Source: Octopus sinensis (taxonomy: Eukaryota). From it: DNA of 64,000 nt. The stretch is from the NCBI RefSeq assembly GCF_006345805.1, contig NC_043000.1:28768001-28832000 (forward strand), in the 5' to 3' direction. Made by a program: the position numbers and the translations under genes. This document shows positions 13,850 to 27,125 of the stretch, piece after piece (the stretch's first letter is position 1; each line of letters starts with the position of its first letter). The notes beneath the pieces were generated by a model that was not told the DNA's origin, ran no database searches, and saw nothing but the letters and a program-made list of their open reading frames with translations.

Positions 13850-14507
13850 TGTGTGTGAATACATATATATGCGAATATATATTGAGAGAAACAAAAGTTG
13901 AATGGATGTTCCTACATAAGCATATAGACATTTACATATTTACAGAACATATTTAAATGGAGTACAAAAATACAGAAAGCTAATGGGAACAGGCATGTTA
14001 TTTCAGTACCAACGGCTCTTTCGGGATTCACGGGATTACGTAATAGTTATAATGTTGGTAGATGAAGTGTAGAAAAAAGTCAAGGATATGCAACAATTAG
14101 TGGATGTATATCTCGCCTCCGTCTTCAGAGTAGAGAGATTGGCATCTAACATTTCAAATAACGATACAAATACAAATCGGTGAATGTGACTACTCTGTAA
14201 CCTCTACAAATCTGGCTTGCAGCACTTGTATTTACAGCATGTTCGAATGGACTCTAATGATAATATTTACACGATCGATAATCCTTTCAACCACCCAAAT
14301 AATCTCTATATAGCTTCAGCTGTCAAACCAGAAAATATACTTACACATCTTCATCTGAAAAACTTTGCTTTCCACAAAAAGTAAAGCATTATACCACATC
14401 TATATTACTGCTTCGGCAAAACGATACGCATCCGTTGAAGGCTACATAGCTGAATCTTTGAAATAACTTTACTCTTTTACTTGTTTCAGTCATTTGAAAC
14501 GTTTGAG

Positions 14508-14551
<44 letters not shown>

Positions 14552-14776
14552 ATGGATAATGTGACAATATCTAACGGTTATTTACATATCAAGAAATTCT
14601 AGCATAACATGTACTATTAGATATTGCATTCAAATTTTGGCACAAGGCCAACATTTTGGGGAGTTGCCCGATCGATTCTGCCAACTCGTCGCCCTGTCGT
14701 ATCATAGGATATTTCTAGAGTATATATATACATATATATATATAATATTACTATATATATATATATATATATATAA

Positions 14777-14973
14777 TTTCTCTCCTTTCTGTGTTTTTTC
14801 TCTGTGTATCTTTCTGTTGAAGAGCGTAGGCTCGAAACGTTAAAGACTTGTTTCATTTATATTTCCTGAGCGCCATACTAATACAATTGTTTGTTTGTAT
14901 TCCACCTGCCTTCGTCTTTTGTTTATTTCCGTAAACCTGCCTTCGTATTTTGTCTATTTTCATAAAGCTTCCC
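14777..14973 (+). mobile_element. Family H short element (copy 2, 5'-truncated), in (TA)n
   Basis: Homologous to copies 1 and 3. (TA)n on both sides. Confidence 0.8.
14809..14846 (+). ncRNA. Minimal type I hammerhead-like motif with variant core CUGUUGA
   Basis: TCTTT-CTGTTGA-A-GAGC(GTAG)GCTC-GAAAC-GTT-AAAGA. Stem I TCTTT/AAAGA, 4-bp stem II, loopless palindromic stem III. Confidence 0.65.
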
Positions 14974-14975
14974 GT

Positions 14976-15008
<33 letters not shown>

Positions 15009-15390
15009 TCATGTTTGTATGTATTTGTAATTTCAGTGATTCAAAAGTCGGTGGTGTGTATGTTATTTTTTCCTATTACCATTCGACGAATAGAAAATTT
15101 TATACAATATACACAAGGCTGGAATAAGCAATATGCTCAAGGTGATCGACTTAGACTGCTTGGGTTGCTACCCCTGCATGGTTACAAACCTGTGACTGAC
15201 ACCAACAAAAAGACGTAAAACTACAAGGATACCATGGACGTTCTTTCGCCATGAAATTGCGGGCGGTTTTCTGGGTTCCTCGTTAGATGTATATATTGCT
15301 AGCTGCCTGATAACGCCTGCCGTTTTGAGCTTTCTTTCCTATGTACCGAAAATAAATTAGACGTTTATTATTATTATTATTATTATTATT

Positions 15391-15670
15391 CTATGTTTGA
15401 CTTTTGCTTTATGTTTGTACAAGTTGGCTCCAAGTCTCACCCAGAGACCTCAAGAGACAACAGGTTGGAAGTTCACGTTGTTGTTATGCCTAGTGTGCCA
15501 TATATTTGGGGGGTTTTGTGTTGTACTAGTGAATGTCTAATAAATAAATGTTTTAAAAAAAGTTTGTTTTAAACCTTGAGATTACATAGAGAGTATTTTG
15601 TGTAGGATATGAGCAGTTCCCATGAGCACTATCTTTTGAATTTCTGCCATTTTGGGGTTTCCTGGTATCT
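15391..15670 (-). mobile_element. 5'-truncated Dong/R4-type non-LTR retrotransposon 3' end in (TAA)n
   Basis: 15668-15582 encodes IPGNPKMAEIQKIVLMGTAHILHKILSM* (RLE-LINE-type C terminus), followed by a 3' UTR. (TTA)n on both sides (15365-15390, 15671-15749). Confidence 0.75.
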
Positions 15671-15680
15671 ATTATTTTTA

Positions 15681-15749
<69 letters not shown>

Positions 15750-15750
<1 letters not shown>

Positions 15751-15940
15751 GCTTGCAGAATCTTTAGGGCGCCAGACGAAATGCTTAGCGGTATTTCGCC
15801 TGTCGTTACGTGCTCAGTTCAAATTCCGCCAATGTCGACTTTGCCTTACATCCTTTCGAAGAATCGATGAATCAAGCACCGGTAAATCAAGTTCCGTCCC
15901 CTGAAAAATTTCAGGCCTTGTGCCTATAATAGAAAGGATC
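15750..15940 (+). mobile_element. Family B SINE with B2 tail
   Basis: A and B boxes, central domain, tail AAATTTCAGGCCTTGTGCCTATAATAGAAAGG followed by (ATT)n/(GTT)n. Confidence 0.8.
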
Positions 15941-15964
15941 ATTATTATTATTATTATTATTATT

Positions 15965-16015
<51 letters not shown>

Positions 16016-16209
16016 ATTATCATTATCATTATCATTATTAATATTGTCATCATTATCAACGTCATCACAGTGATGCCACGTTTGAGTCCAATCTGTCAAT
16101 AAAGAATGAAATCTCGGAAGCACTGAGTAATTTCATTACACAATATAATATAATTACGATTATGTGTAATGTAATTATGAAGTAAACTAGACAAAAGACT
16201 TGCAAAATT

Positions 16210-17078
16210 CATTTTCTATAACTGTAGGAGTGTATGTGTGTGAGTGTGTGCGTGTGTGAATGCGTGTGTATGTATGTGTATATATATGCATGACAAATGA
16301 ATGTGTATATTTATTGATGTGTGAATGTATGAGTAAATGACATGCTTCAATTTACGTTTGCACGTATGTATACAGATATGTACGAAAGTACGTGTATATT
16401 TATGCGTGTATTTGTGAATCTACGAAGGTATGTATGAGTGAATATACGCATGTATGTACGAACGCGTGAAAGTAGGCAGCCATGTATGTGCATATGTACG
16501 TACGCACGTATGAATGCATGCATACCTATATGAATGTATGTACGTGTTTTCCCTCGAGTTTATATATGTAGATATATAAATATATGTATGTATGTATGCC
16601 GTCGCACACGCACACATAGCTGTATTGTAATTACAATGCACTGTTATGAGCAAAAACATAACCTATATGCGAACGTACATGCTCACAAACACACAGATAT
16701 GTATGCCGAGCTTAGAGATGTCTGTTCAATCCTTGTAGACACTAAAGGATGTTTATTTTTTATATTTTCTTTTGGTGTCATTATAATTGGAAAATCGAAG
16801 CAACACAGATTTTTGTGTCTTTTATTTTTGTTCAGGTTTTGCTTTTACTGCCATTCATATGTGTACGTGCGTGTATGTGTATGTATGTGTGACCCGTATG
16901 TATACATGCATCTTGATATATATATATATACATATATGCACACGTATACATGTAATTAAATGTATACATACGTATATATATATATAGATAGAAATGCGTA
17001 TATATAGAGAGGTGTATATATGTGTATATGTTTACAGATATATGTATATATATATATACGTATGTATATATATATAAC

Positions 17079-17150
<72 letters not shown>

Positions 17151-17447
17151 TGTATATATATAATATATGTATATATGTATGCATATATATGTATGAAGGT
17201 ATATATGTTTCTATGTATATATGTATGTATATTATGTATATATGTATATATTTATATATATATGTATGTGTATATATATATACACATATTCATATGTATA
17301 GATTTGTATGTGCATATGCATGCATACACATGTTTACATCCAAACATGTGTGTATATATATATACATATTATATGTATTAATATACATATATATATACAT
17401 ATATATATACATAATATATGTATATTATATATATATTAATATATATA

Positions 17448-17485
<38 letters not shown>

Positions 17486-17689
17486 GCATGTGTGATTGTA
17501 TAACCCTGTATATGTTTGTGTGTGCATACGCTTGTATATAATTTCTATAAGTATCGATGAATATATACATGTGTGCATGAACATATGTACATATATATGA
17601 ATATGTGTATATATGTTTATAGCATACATGTGTGCAAATATATATGTGTGCGTGTATACACATACATAATTACCTGCATACATATATAG

Positions 17690-17767
<78 letters not shown>

Positions 17768-17818
17768 TGTAGAAGTATATGTACGTACGCATATATATAT
17801 ACGTCAGAAACATATGTA

Positions 17819-17869
<51 letters not shown>

Positions 17870-17890
17870 GCACACACATATATATATGAT
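16210..17890. repeat. Large (TA)n/(TG)n/(TATG)n low-complexity tract
   Basis: Direct reading. Confidence 0.93.
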
Positions 17891-18136
17891 GCCGACCTAC
17901 TGCTGTTGCTTGTCTAAGCAATCTTTGTTTGTATTTCGTAAAGAATAAACTACTAATAGCCTATCACTGTCAGGTGTTTTTGATAAATGAAAAGCAGCAT
18001 TAATACGCGTCTATTCGTGTACAAACTGTGACTGCACGTGATAGCTATGGTGTACGTTCTATAGATTAATGATTACCAGAGCATATGTGCCGCATATAAT
18101 CGATAATAACACATACATACTCACACACACAAATGC

Positions 18137-18169
<33 letters not shown>

Positions 18170-18191
18170 AACTAATTCATATAATATATAT

Positions 18192-18548
18192 ACTCTCTTT
18201 TACTTGTTTCCGTTATTTGACTGAGGCCATGCTGGAGCACCGCCTTTAGTTGAGTAAATCGACCCCGGGACTTATTCTTTGTAAGCCTGGTACTTATTCT
18301 ATCGGTCACTTTGGCCGAACTGCTAAGTTACGGGGACGTAAACACACCGGCATCGGTTATCAAGTGATTTTGGTGGGGGGACAAACACAGACACACAATC
18401 ACACACACATATATATGTACATATATACGACGGGCTTTTTCCAGTTTCCGTCTACCAAATCCACTCACAAGGCTTTGGTCGGCCCGAGGCTATAGTAGAA
18501 GACACTTGCCCAAAGTGCCACGCAGTGGGACTGAACCCGGAACCATAT
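18192..18548 (-). mobile_element. Family A SINE, head truncated at the adjacent LINE fragment
   Basis: Homology to 1155-1570. Confidence 0.85.
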
Positions 18549-19385
18549 ATGGCTTGTGAAGGATGAAAGACTGCAAGGATAAAGCATTGTACAAGAAATT
18601 GAAAACGAATGAAAATCAAAATAGGTGGGAAAAGAAAAGAATGCATGGTCAATTTCATAGGGATGTTGAAGATAAGACAGACATAGAAAAATGATGGCTA
18701 TGGATGACTAAAAGTGATTTAAAACCAGAAGCGGAGGATCTAATATGTTCTTCCCAAGAGTAAGCACTAAGAACAAACTACATAAAATACAGAATAGACA
18801 GCACATCAGAAAGTGATATGTGCAGAATCTTTGAACCGAATGGCATATTACCAGCCAATGTACTCCACTAGCACAGAAAGAATATAAGAGACGCCACGAC
18901 AATATATCCAGGCTTGTCCATTGGACACTTTGCAGCAAGTATGAACTTGACAGAGCAAAAAATTGGTACGACTACAAACCTGAAGGCATCGTCGAAAATA
19001 TAAATGCAAAGATCCTAGGGGATTTTATGATTCAGTGCGACCATGAGATAGAGAAAAGGAAGCCAGACATAGTGTTAATTGAGAAAGAAAACAAACTATG
19101 CTGGATTATAGATATAGCATGCCCAACCGACAACAAGGTATGCGATAAGGAAGAAAGAAAATATGAGAGATATGACAGGTTGGCTTGGGAAGATAAGCAG
19201 TTGTGGTCGATGAAAAAGGTAGCAGTAGTACCAATAATTGTCGGAGCCAGTGAGAAAAGATCTCGAGAAGTACGTGGAACAAATAGGGACTGCAATAAGG
19301 GTGGAGCACTTGCAGATAACAGCACTGCTTGGAGCCGCCCGAATCCTTCGGAAAGTGCTCGAAAAATAAATGCAGGATATTAATG
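18549..19385 (+). pseudogene. R4/Dong-type LINE C-terminal fragment (zinc knuckle remnant plus restriction-like endonuclease)
   Basis: MHGQF...ALRTN, C..HITSQC, KRRHD, KRKPDIVLI, IDIACP, KYERY, VVPIIVGA. Contains stops and frameshifts. Confidence 0.88.
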
Positions 19386-19406
19386 TCATTTTAATAATAT
19401 TTATAT

Positions 19407-19740
19407 GACGAGGGTTCCAGTTTATTCGATCAAAGGAACAGCCTGCTCGTGAAATAAACGTGCAAGTAGCTCAGCACTTCATAGACAAAGATCAGCGTGA
19501 CACAGAGGGTGACAAGGCTGGCCCTTTGGAATGCAAGTACAACAGAAACAGGAAGAAAGAATGAGAGGAAGTTGTGGCGAAAGAGTACAGCAGGGTTCCC
19601 CTATCAGCCCCTGCCAGAGCCTGGTGAAGCTTTAGGCGTTTTCGCTCAATAAACACTCACAGCGCCCGGTCTGGGAATCGAAACCGCGATCCTACGAACA
19701 CGAGCCCGCTGCCCTAAGCACTGGGTCATTGTGCATCCAC
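19407..19740 (-). mobile_element. Family C SINE (tail type C2)
   Basis: Same tRNA head as C1. Tail ...CACTTGCACG...GAGCAGGCTGTTCC...CTGGAACCCTCGTC is shared with 52361-52720. Confidence 0.8.
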
Positions 19741-20137
19741 ACATATAGGCAAATATTTAGATTGAATATATGAATACATGAATACAACAATATTTGTGTA
19801 TGAATGTATTTATGAGGGTACACTCACGCACACACACACATATAGGCATATGTGTGTGTATGAATAAATGCATGTATATGAGAAAGTAAGCATGAACAAA
19901 TGCGTATTATATGGGCGCTTTTATGTACGTGTGTGTGTAAGTATATGTGTATGTATTAAATAGATGCCCGCATGTTGTAGACTAACATACATTTTTTTTC
20001 TTTTTTATATTCTACTTTGTATGTCATCCAAGTAATATTTGATTTAATTAGTCTTCACGATGTTATCTATATATTTTATATTAACAGCGCACGCTAGCAC
20101 TCACAGACCCATATCTTTATAAATAAATGAATTTATT

Positions 20138-20170
<33 letters not shown>

Positions 20171-20331
20171 ACACACGCGCGCACGCACGCACGCGCGCAC
20201 GCACGCACGCACGCACGCACGCACACACACGTACATATTAATGTTTTTAATAAAGACAATTTTACATTGAATTGTAGGATTACTCAATACATTTGGTAGA
20301 GCAGAAATTTATTAAGAAGAATAGCCTTGAC

Positions 20332-20371
20332 AATAACTTCGAAGTTTCGTTGGCTGAGTCATCATCGGATT
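20332..20371 (-). ncRNA. Hammerhead-like motif, core CCGAUGA, palindromic stem III
   Basis: Minus strand AAT-CCGATGA-TGACTCAGCCAAC-GAAAC-TTCGAA-GTT-ATT. Stem II is imperfect. The downstream tail (to about 20231) resembles the tail at 43365-43400. Confidence 0.5.
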
Positions 20372-20389
20372 CTACGTGTGTTTATGTAG

Positions 20390-20426
<37 letters not shown>

Positions 20427-20427
<1 letters not shown>

Positions 20428-20642
20428 TGGAGTAAGCACATAAAAGTGAAACAAGGAGGAGGAAATAGTACTCGAATACTAGAGGTAGTCATATGCTTTA
20501 TTGAAAAGCAGCAAAAATATCACAAAATCTGCTACTCAGAGTTTCACCTCATTTCTCTTCCATTTTAAACAAAACTGTCCGACGGAAAGGAACGTGAAAA
20601 TCTGAGTAGCAGTTCTTGTGATATTTTGCTGCTTTTCAATAA
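20427..20642 (-). mobile_element. Family E PLE-terminus-like element with about 50-bp fold-back
   Basis: Arms at 20498-20547 and 20594-20642. Degenerate HHR CTGT-CCGACGG-AAAGGAACGT-GAAAA-TCTGA-GTA-GCAG at 20575-20612 (+). Homolog at 47538-47704. Confidence 0.7.
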
Positions 20643-20658
20643 CGTGTGTGTGTGTGTG

Positions 20659-21250
20659 TAAAACTTGCTTGGAAATGGATGCGCGGCGTTCGATCATATA
20701 ATAATATAAATAATATATATATATATATATATATATTATTTATATTATTATATGTTAGAACGCCACGCATCCATTTCCATGTACGTTTTATCTTAATAAT
20801 TCTGCCGCGCACTCTATCACCTGTCTCTATTCTATCTCCCTCCCCTTCACCGTTCCCTCTCTCTCTCACTCTTCCTCCTTGACTCTCTCCTTGCTCACAC
20901 GTGACCAACGGCTATCTATCTTTCTTTCTTCCACTTCCTTCTTAAAGTCAAGACGTGCTTTTGCCTGTCTCTTCTCAAATCTCGTTTTTCCAGCGTTCAC
21001 TACTTCACCTCGATATAACTTAACGGCCCTCACCAAGTCGCGTCTTGTCCCTACCTTCGAACACGGAGTAGATAAAACAAGGGAACAACTGATGAAAGGA
21101 ATGTTCTTTATGTTGCCTGTCTCACTTCTCTATTTGTTTCTTTCGTTGTTCGAAAAAGTTTGTTTTCCATGCTTTTGTTTTTTTATGTTCTCGTTTCTCA
21201 TTTTGTTCACGTTTTTTTGACGTCCTGTACCCATATATGCATACATATGT
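20659..21250 (+). mobile_element. Family G element with 5' fold-back (20659-20790)
   Basis: About 60-bp inverted arms (GGAAATGGATGCG.GGCGTTC..CATATAATAATATAAATAATAT) around (TA)n, continuing into family G sequence. Confidence 0.55.
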
Positions 21251-21894
21251 AGGCATGTACATATCTGTGTGTATACATGCATGTATAGTATACCATATAT
21301 ATGCATATATATTATACATATATCATATATATTCATATATATTATATATATATAGGCATATATATATTACCTCCCTCTGTTTCGAACTCTTCTACCTAAC
21401 ACCATAACGAATAGATGACACAACATCGCTAAAGAAATTTGAAAAAATTGAAAAGAAAATGCGAAACCTGTTATTTCTCCCAAATCAATGTCACTATACA
21501 CAAAATTTTATATCATTTTCCTCATATGACGATTTTAATGTATTTTGAACCATATAATACAAATCTTCTGTAGTGTTTTTCATTCTATTTTGTTTTATAT
21601 ATATATTAGGTATTTTATGTTCAAAATCCCGTCCATGACCAGCCGTTTCATCTCGTGCGATAATCCTCCAGCAGAGAAATTTTACTTGATACGTAAAGGT
21701 GATGCCTATATCGCATAGACTAGACTGAGAAGGATATGGTGTGTGCATCGGTGTGTGTTTGTTGTTATTGTTGTTGAACTAGGTTGTATATACATTTGAT
21801 AGAACAAAAGTAAATTTGAATAGAATTAACACATTAACTATTAAATTGTCGTCTGGCTAAATAGGGTAACTTGCTAATTGAAAAGAAATTGTTT

Positions 21895-22313
21895 GCGAGC
21901 GAAATTCTATATGTCGAGAGGGATATACATTATCATGTATCAGTTTATATGTTTCAAACCATTTCAATAAAACTATCATTGTCTGCACCACCTGATATCA
22001 TTTCCTGTACACTTTGTAATAGATACGTATCCGTGACTGTGTGTATATTCGTATAGTCGTATATAGGTTCGATTATACAACGATATGTATATAGGTTTCT
22101 CTGAAAGACAGAATATGTAAGCCTATATGTACCGTCATATGTATATATGTCTGGATGCGTGAGTAGCTATGATATACATACACTTAGATAGACCAATACA
22201 TTGCCCAACAAATGTATTGAGTTCGTTCATTCTTAGAGATAGTAAAACTTAGTTCACTTAGTCTTATACATGTATATGTGCATGTATATATGTATATGTT
22301 TATACATATATAT

Positions 22314-22365
<52 letters not shown>

Positions 22366-22590
22366 TGTATGTATATTTACATATACACTGATTTACGTGT
22401 ACATATACACACACACATGCATATATATATGTATGTTGTATGTATATATATATATCTACACACGTATATTTATATACATAGATGTATATGTGTACGTATA
22501 TATATGTATATGTGTGTGTAAATAAATATAGATACTTCTACTTATATAGTATACAGAAATAAGCATTTACATTACATATGTGCATCTATA

Positions 22591-22657
<67 letters not shown>

Positions 22658-23907
22658 AATGCATATCCATATGGGTGTTTGTACATGTGTGTTATATTGT
22701 GTCTAGAATTTTGATTACTAGTGGTAAATGTTTTACGCTTTTGTATAAAGATACCTCGTTGGGTTTTGTGTAGTGGTAGTTTTTCCCAGTATTCAGATCA
22801 TAAACATAAATGCACATACACACCCACGTGCATATGTGTATGTGTCTGTCTGTCTCTTTGTCTATTTGTATGTATGTATAAACAGATGAAATGATGTAAC
22901 CAAAGAATTTCATCATATTGAAGAGGAGAATCAGCGTATAACGTACAAGGTTCGGCGCAACAAAGTGTATGAGCAGCGTGAGAGACAGATGTGAAATGAC
23001 GCAGCTGAATGCCAGCCTTCCCCAATTTATACATCACTGAAGCTTGTTCTTATAGCATATGAGTGAGCTCTTGCAGAATGTATCTGAATATATAGTCTTG
23101 AGTTATTTAGCGATGCACTAAAACATTAACGCGGTAGTAAGAATGCAATCAGAGTCCCCACCTGCTGTTTTCAATAAAGGCTGACATAAAACATCACATG
23201 TGTATAACCAAAGGGACCCAGTACTCAAATTTCTGCTTGGTACTTATGAGCAGATGGTAAGAATTTATTTAAATGATATTCTCGTGTTTCTAAGAAATGA
23301 TAGAACAGTGCCACGATCCTCTAGTAAGATCTAAGTTGTAAAGAAAGTTCTGATTACGTAGTTGGTTGAGAGTTGGCAACGCATGAAAGCAAAAGCCGAA
23401 AGTAAAAATGACTCGGGGAATAATGAGACACAATGATGGAAATGGACAGTAGTTGCAATAGAGTTGAGATAACATTAGTTCGTAGCTAAGTCTTCTATGT
23501 CCTACCAAGAAGGCATTGGATTTTGAAATAATAGCAGAGCAATGATTTTAGGGCCGACAGGGAAAGACAAAATACTTCAACATTCATATGGCAAACAATT
23601 ATATCTTTGGGGATTAGTGAAACAAAGTAACTGCTGCATGGTTGGTTTGGTTGCAGTTGCCTTTAGTTTTGTTTAGTGGCGGAATGGACGACGAAGAAAA
23701 AGTGTGCTACAGAACTTGAAATCCTCTGTTAAATTTTTAATAGTTTTTGGTAGCATTAATATTTTTGGCCCCGTCAGAGGGTGCGATGCTTTTAGAAAAT
23801 GTGATATCAGGAAGTGCAGACAATGATATCTTTATTGAAATGCTCTGAGACATATAAACTGATACGTGATAATATATATCCCTCTTGACATATAGAATTT
23901 CACTCTC
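21895..23907. repeat. About 108-bp inverted repeat pair (21895-22003, 23799-23907)
   Basis: GAAATTCTATATGTC.AGAGGGATATA.ATTATCA.GTATCAGTTTATATGT... occurs in opposite orientations. Confidence 0.8.
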
Positions 23908-24139
23908 AATGTGATCCATAATTACCACCTGACAAAGAGAATGCCTACAATGCAATTGTACGTAATGTATATGATTGTGTGTGTATGTATGTATGTATGT
24001 ATGTATGTATATGTATGTGCGTGTATGTGTGTATGTAGATGTGTAGAAAACGTTTGTTTTCCAAATTTATTATATTAAACAAAAGACTACGTTCAAATTT
24101 TATCTTATTCCAAAGACTTTTTCATATTTTCATAATAAC

Positions 24140-24637
24140 TCGTTACGTTTACAGAAAAGAGCATTTGCCAACATAATGTGCCAGTCTTGGGTGCGTCCCA
24201 CTCAGGACTGCCACATTATGTTGGCAAATACTCTCTACTTTAAAGAACTGTTACTGAATATTTCTCTTTTAGAGATTTAGATATAATCTTTCTATTTATT
24301 AGATTGGTAACTGTGCGTCACTTTGAAAATCATATATTTTCGAATGGGAATTCAGCAGCGCCGTCTGAGAAAGAGCAATAAACCAGAAACTGGTCCACAG
24401 ATGTTGTTTTGTGCTAAAGGGGACTGCTGAGCGCCCCTGTTTGAAAATATAATGACACAGATATCGTGTCGTATAGCCAGCTGGAAACGACGTTTCCTGA
24501 AGCTAAACAACAGTAACATTCGTCCCATCCAGGACTGCCACATTATGTTGGCAAATAGTCTTTACTTTAAAGAACTGTTTCTGAATATCTCTCTTTGAGA
24601 GATTTAGAAATAATAATGTTTATATTCGTTACGTTTA
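24140..24637 (+). mobile_element. Candidate short retro-element with terminal direct repeats and 5' inversion
   Basis: 12-bp direct repeat TCGTTACGTTTA (24140-51, 24626-37). About 93-bp direct repeats (24194-24287, 24521-24613). 31-bp-arm hairpin at 24159-24233. Confidence 0.5.
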
Positions 24638-25234
24638 GTTTAGAACATATGTGTCTTTAAATCCATTAATCCATCAACGTTTATGAATAAATAACTCAAC
24701 ATGAATTGCTGATTAAATGGCGTACTTTTGTGCACTTTGTCATAGATCGCAAAGCATCATGGGGGTTTGTGCTTTTTGTTTTCTATTCTAATGCCAGATT
24801 TCAAAAAATTAGTCTACATTTAGGTGCAGTACTTTTGAAGTTCATTTCTTTATATATTGTATCTATGTGTCGATACTTGGTTTTTACATTTCTATTGAAA
24901 AATAAATAAATAAATAAGTCTATTCACAAAGCTTCTTTAGATAATGTTCGCATTTTTCCTTGAAATATATACAGGATTGTGGTGTTGTCAGCAATCCTAG
25001 TTTTATTTGATGCAGTGTATTGTAATGTGTTTGCGATGTCACCTTGTTTTAAATCTATGGTCAATCGTAAAAGAGAGTTGTACTTTTATGGCCAGTCTAG
25101 CAATTTAATTCATGATGTTTACAACTTTCATGTTTGCATTTTCGAACTGTTAATGAGAAAAATATTCATAACAGTGTTTTTTTAAATATATTTTTAACAC
25201 TGAGTTGACGGTTGTGTGTGATACATGTGTTTTG

Positions 25235-25275
<41 letters not shown>

Positions 25276-25655
25276 TGTGTATGTGTGTGTGTGCATGTGT
25301 GTGCATGTGTGTGTGTGTGTGTAAAAAGTCACGTGTTCTACCAAACACCTCTAAATCCATCCAAAAGCGAAGCGAATTGCTCAATAAAAGATTTAAAGTG
25401 AATTTATGTCTGTGGAAGAAAGCCAACAGATTTGAAAACGCAGACTACATCTTGCAAAAGAGATATGGTCTCTATAACTGTAGATATGAGTGTGTGTGTC
25501 TCTGTGCGAGCAAGCGCGTGTGCGTGCGTGTGTATGTGTATGCTGTATGTAGACATGCGACTGTGTTTGTATCCTTATTCCCAGAAACTCAAGGAATCAT
25601 TTGAAATCTTTGATACATTTTCAGAGTATGCTGAATCCAATGTATGTATGTATGT

Positions 25656-26095
25656 CCTTATTCAGTTTTATTTCAAGATTTTCTGATAATAGAGAAAGAG
25701 CCGGTTTCTAATCTAGATCCAAAGATCCTTCATTAGAATTTCAACATCAACAGGGTATTTTGTGTGTGTATATATATATGTATGTATGTATGCGTCTGTG
25801 TGTATATATGTATATGTGAAGATTTGTATGCTTTGTCTTATGTATATATTCTCACGCATATAGTTGCATATCTAGACATGCCCATATATACTTAAATGAT
25901 AAACTTCTGAAAAGTTTTACAGATTTTTACAGTTCCACTGATGGATTGGATCCGTAGTCTTCCAATCAGCTTTCTCCTTTCTGGTTTTGAAAAGCCAAAT
26001 TTCTCAATACTGGTATTTACGCAGTGTGTTACATATCCCAGTACCCCAATAATTACAATCCTGAACCTGGTGCGTGGTTTAGAGCTTAGTGTATT
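25656..26095 (-). mobile_element. RLE-LINE (R4/Dong-like, second family) 3' end followed by (TACA)n
   Basis: Minus strand encodes IIGVLGYVTHCVNTSIEKFGFSKPERRKLIGRLRIQSISGTVKICKTFQKFII*. The 3' UTR is shared with 51735-51850. Confidence 0.75.
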
Positions 26096-26185
26096 TGCCT
26101 CGTGATCGCGCGTGTGTGTGTCTATTTTTATTGTAGAGAGAAAATGCTTAAGGCTGAAACTGAGGTTTATATGAACATGGAACTA

Positions 26186-26454
26186 TTGAGTTGGTGCATA
26201 ATTATTGCGGCTTTTTTTTCAACAAATTTTATTCAACAAAAACAACATGTAACAAAACGATTATTCCCGAGCATATTTAAACGATTATTCCCGAGAATAT
26301 TTCAACGATTATTACCGAGCATATTCACCATCTACTTCAATTACTGCTTCCCATCACACAGTCACTTAAAGATGTTTTAGTTAAATATTGCTATAGTTTT
26401 TTTGTTGAATAAAATTTGTTGAAAAAAAGCCGCAATAATTATGCACCAACCCAA
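26186..26454. mobile_element. Mariner-type MITE (about 57-bp TIRs, TA TSD)
   Basis: TIR TT(G)(A/G)GTTGGTGCATAATTATTGCGGCTTTTTTT...TTCAACAAAAA. TA at 26184-85 and 26455-56. Internal 24-bp unit repeated three times at 26257-26328. Confidence 0.9.
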
Positions 26455-26470
26455 TATACATTTGATAAAA

Positions 26471-27125
26471 AAGCGGCGAGATGGCAGAATCGTTAGCACG
26501 TCGGGCGAAATGCTTAGTGGTATTTCGTCTGCCGTTACGTTCTGAGTTCAAATTCCGCCGAGGTCGACTTTGCCTTTCATAATTTCGGGGTCGATTAAAT
26601 AAGTCCCAGTTACGTACTGGTATCGATATAATCGACTTAATCCGTTTGTCTGTCATTGTTTGTCCTCTCTGTGCTTAGCCCCTTGTGGGTAGTAAAGAAA
26701 TAGGTATTTCGCTTGTCTAGACATGCAACTATATATATGAATGCGGCGAGCTAGCAGAAACGTTAGCACGCCGGGCGAAATGCGTAGCCGTATTTCGTCT
26801 GCCGTTACGTTCTGAGTTCAAATTCCGCCGAGGTTAACTTTGCCTTTCATCCTTTCGGGGTCGATAAATTAAGGACCAGTTACGCACTGGGGTCGATATA
26901 ATCGACTTAATTCGTTTGTCTGTCCTTGTTTGTGCTCTCTGTTTTTAGCCCCTTGTGGGTAGTAAAGAAATAGGTATTTCGTTTTTCTTTACGTTCTGAA
27001 TTAAAATTCTGCCGTGGTCGACTTTGCCTTTCATCCTTGATAAATTAAGTACCAGTTGCGTACTGGTGTCGATTTAATCGACTGCCCCCTCCCTCAAAAT
27101 TTCGGTCCTTATGCCTAGAGTAAAA
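26471..27125 (+). mobile_element. Family B SINE monomer (26471-26711) and dimer (26743-27125)
   Basis: Junction motif at 26700/26701 and 26970/26971. The last unit carries the B2 tail. Confidence 0.88.

Noticed and set aside
23180-23257. Possible exon (AG...ATG|GTAAGA)
   Set aside because: Weak acceptor, unrecognisable peptide, no partner exons.
25701-25740. CTAATGA...GAAACCGG in the RLE-LINE 3' UTR as a hammerhead
   Set aside because: G5 is absent, stems I and III do not pair, and the 51765 homolog departs further from the motif.
26257-26328. 24-bp and 22-bp tandem repeats as CRISPR-like arrays
   Set aside because: No spacers, no cas genes, eukaryotic context.
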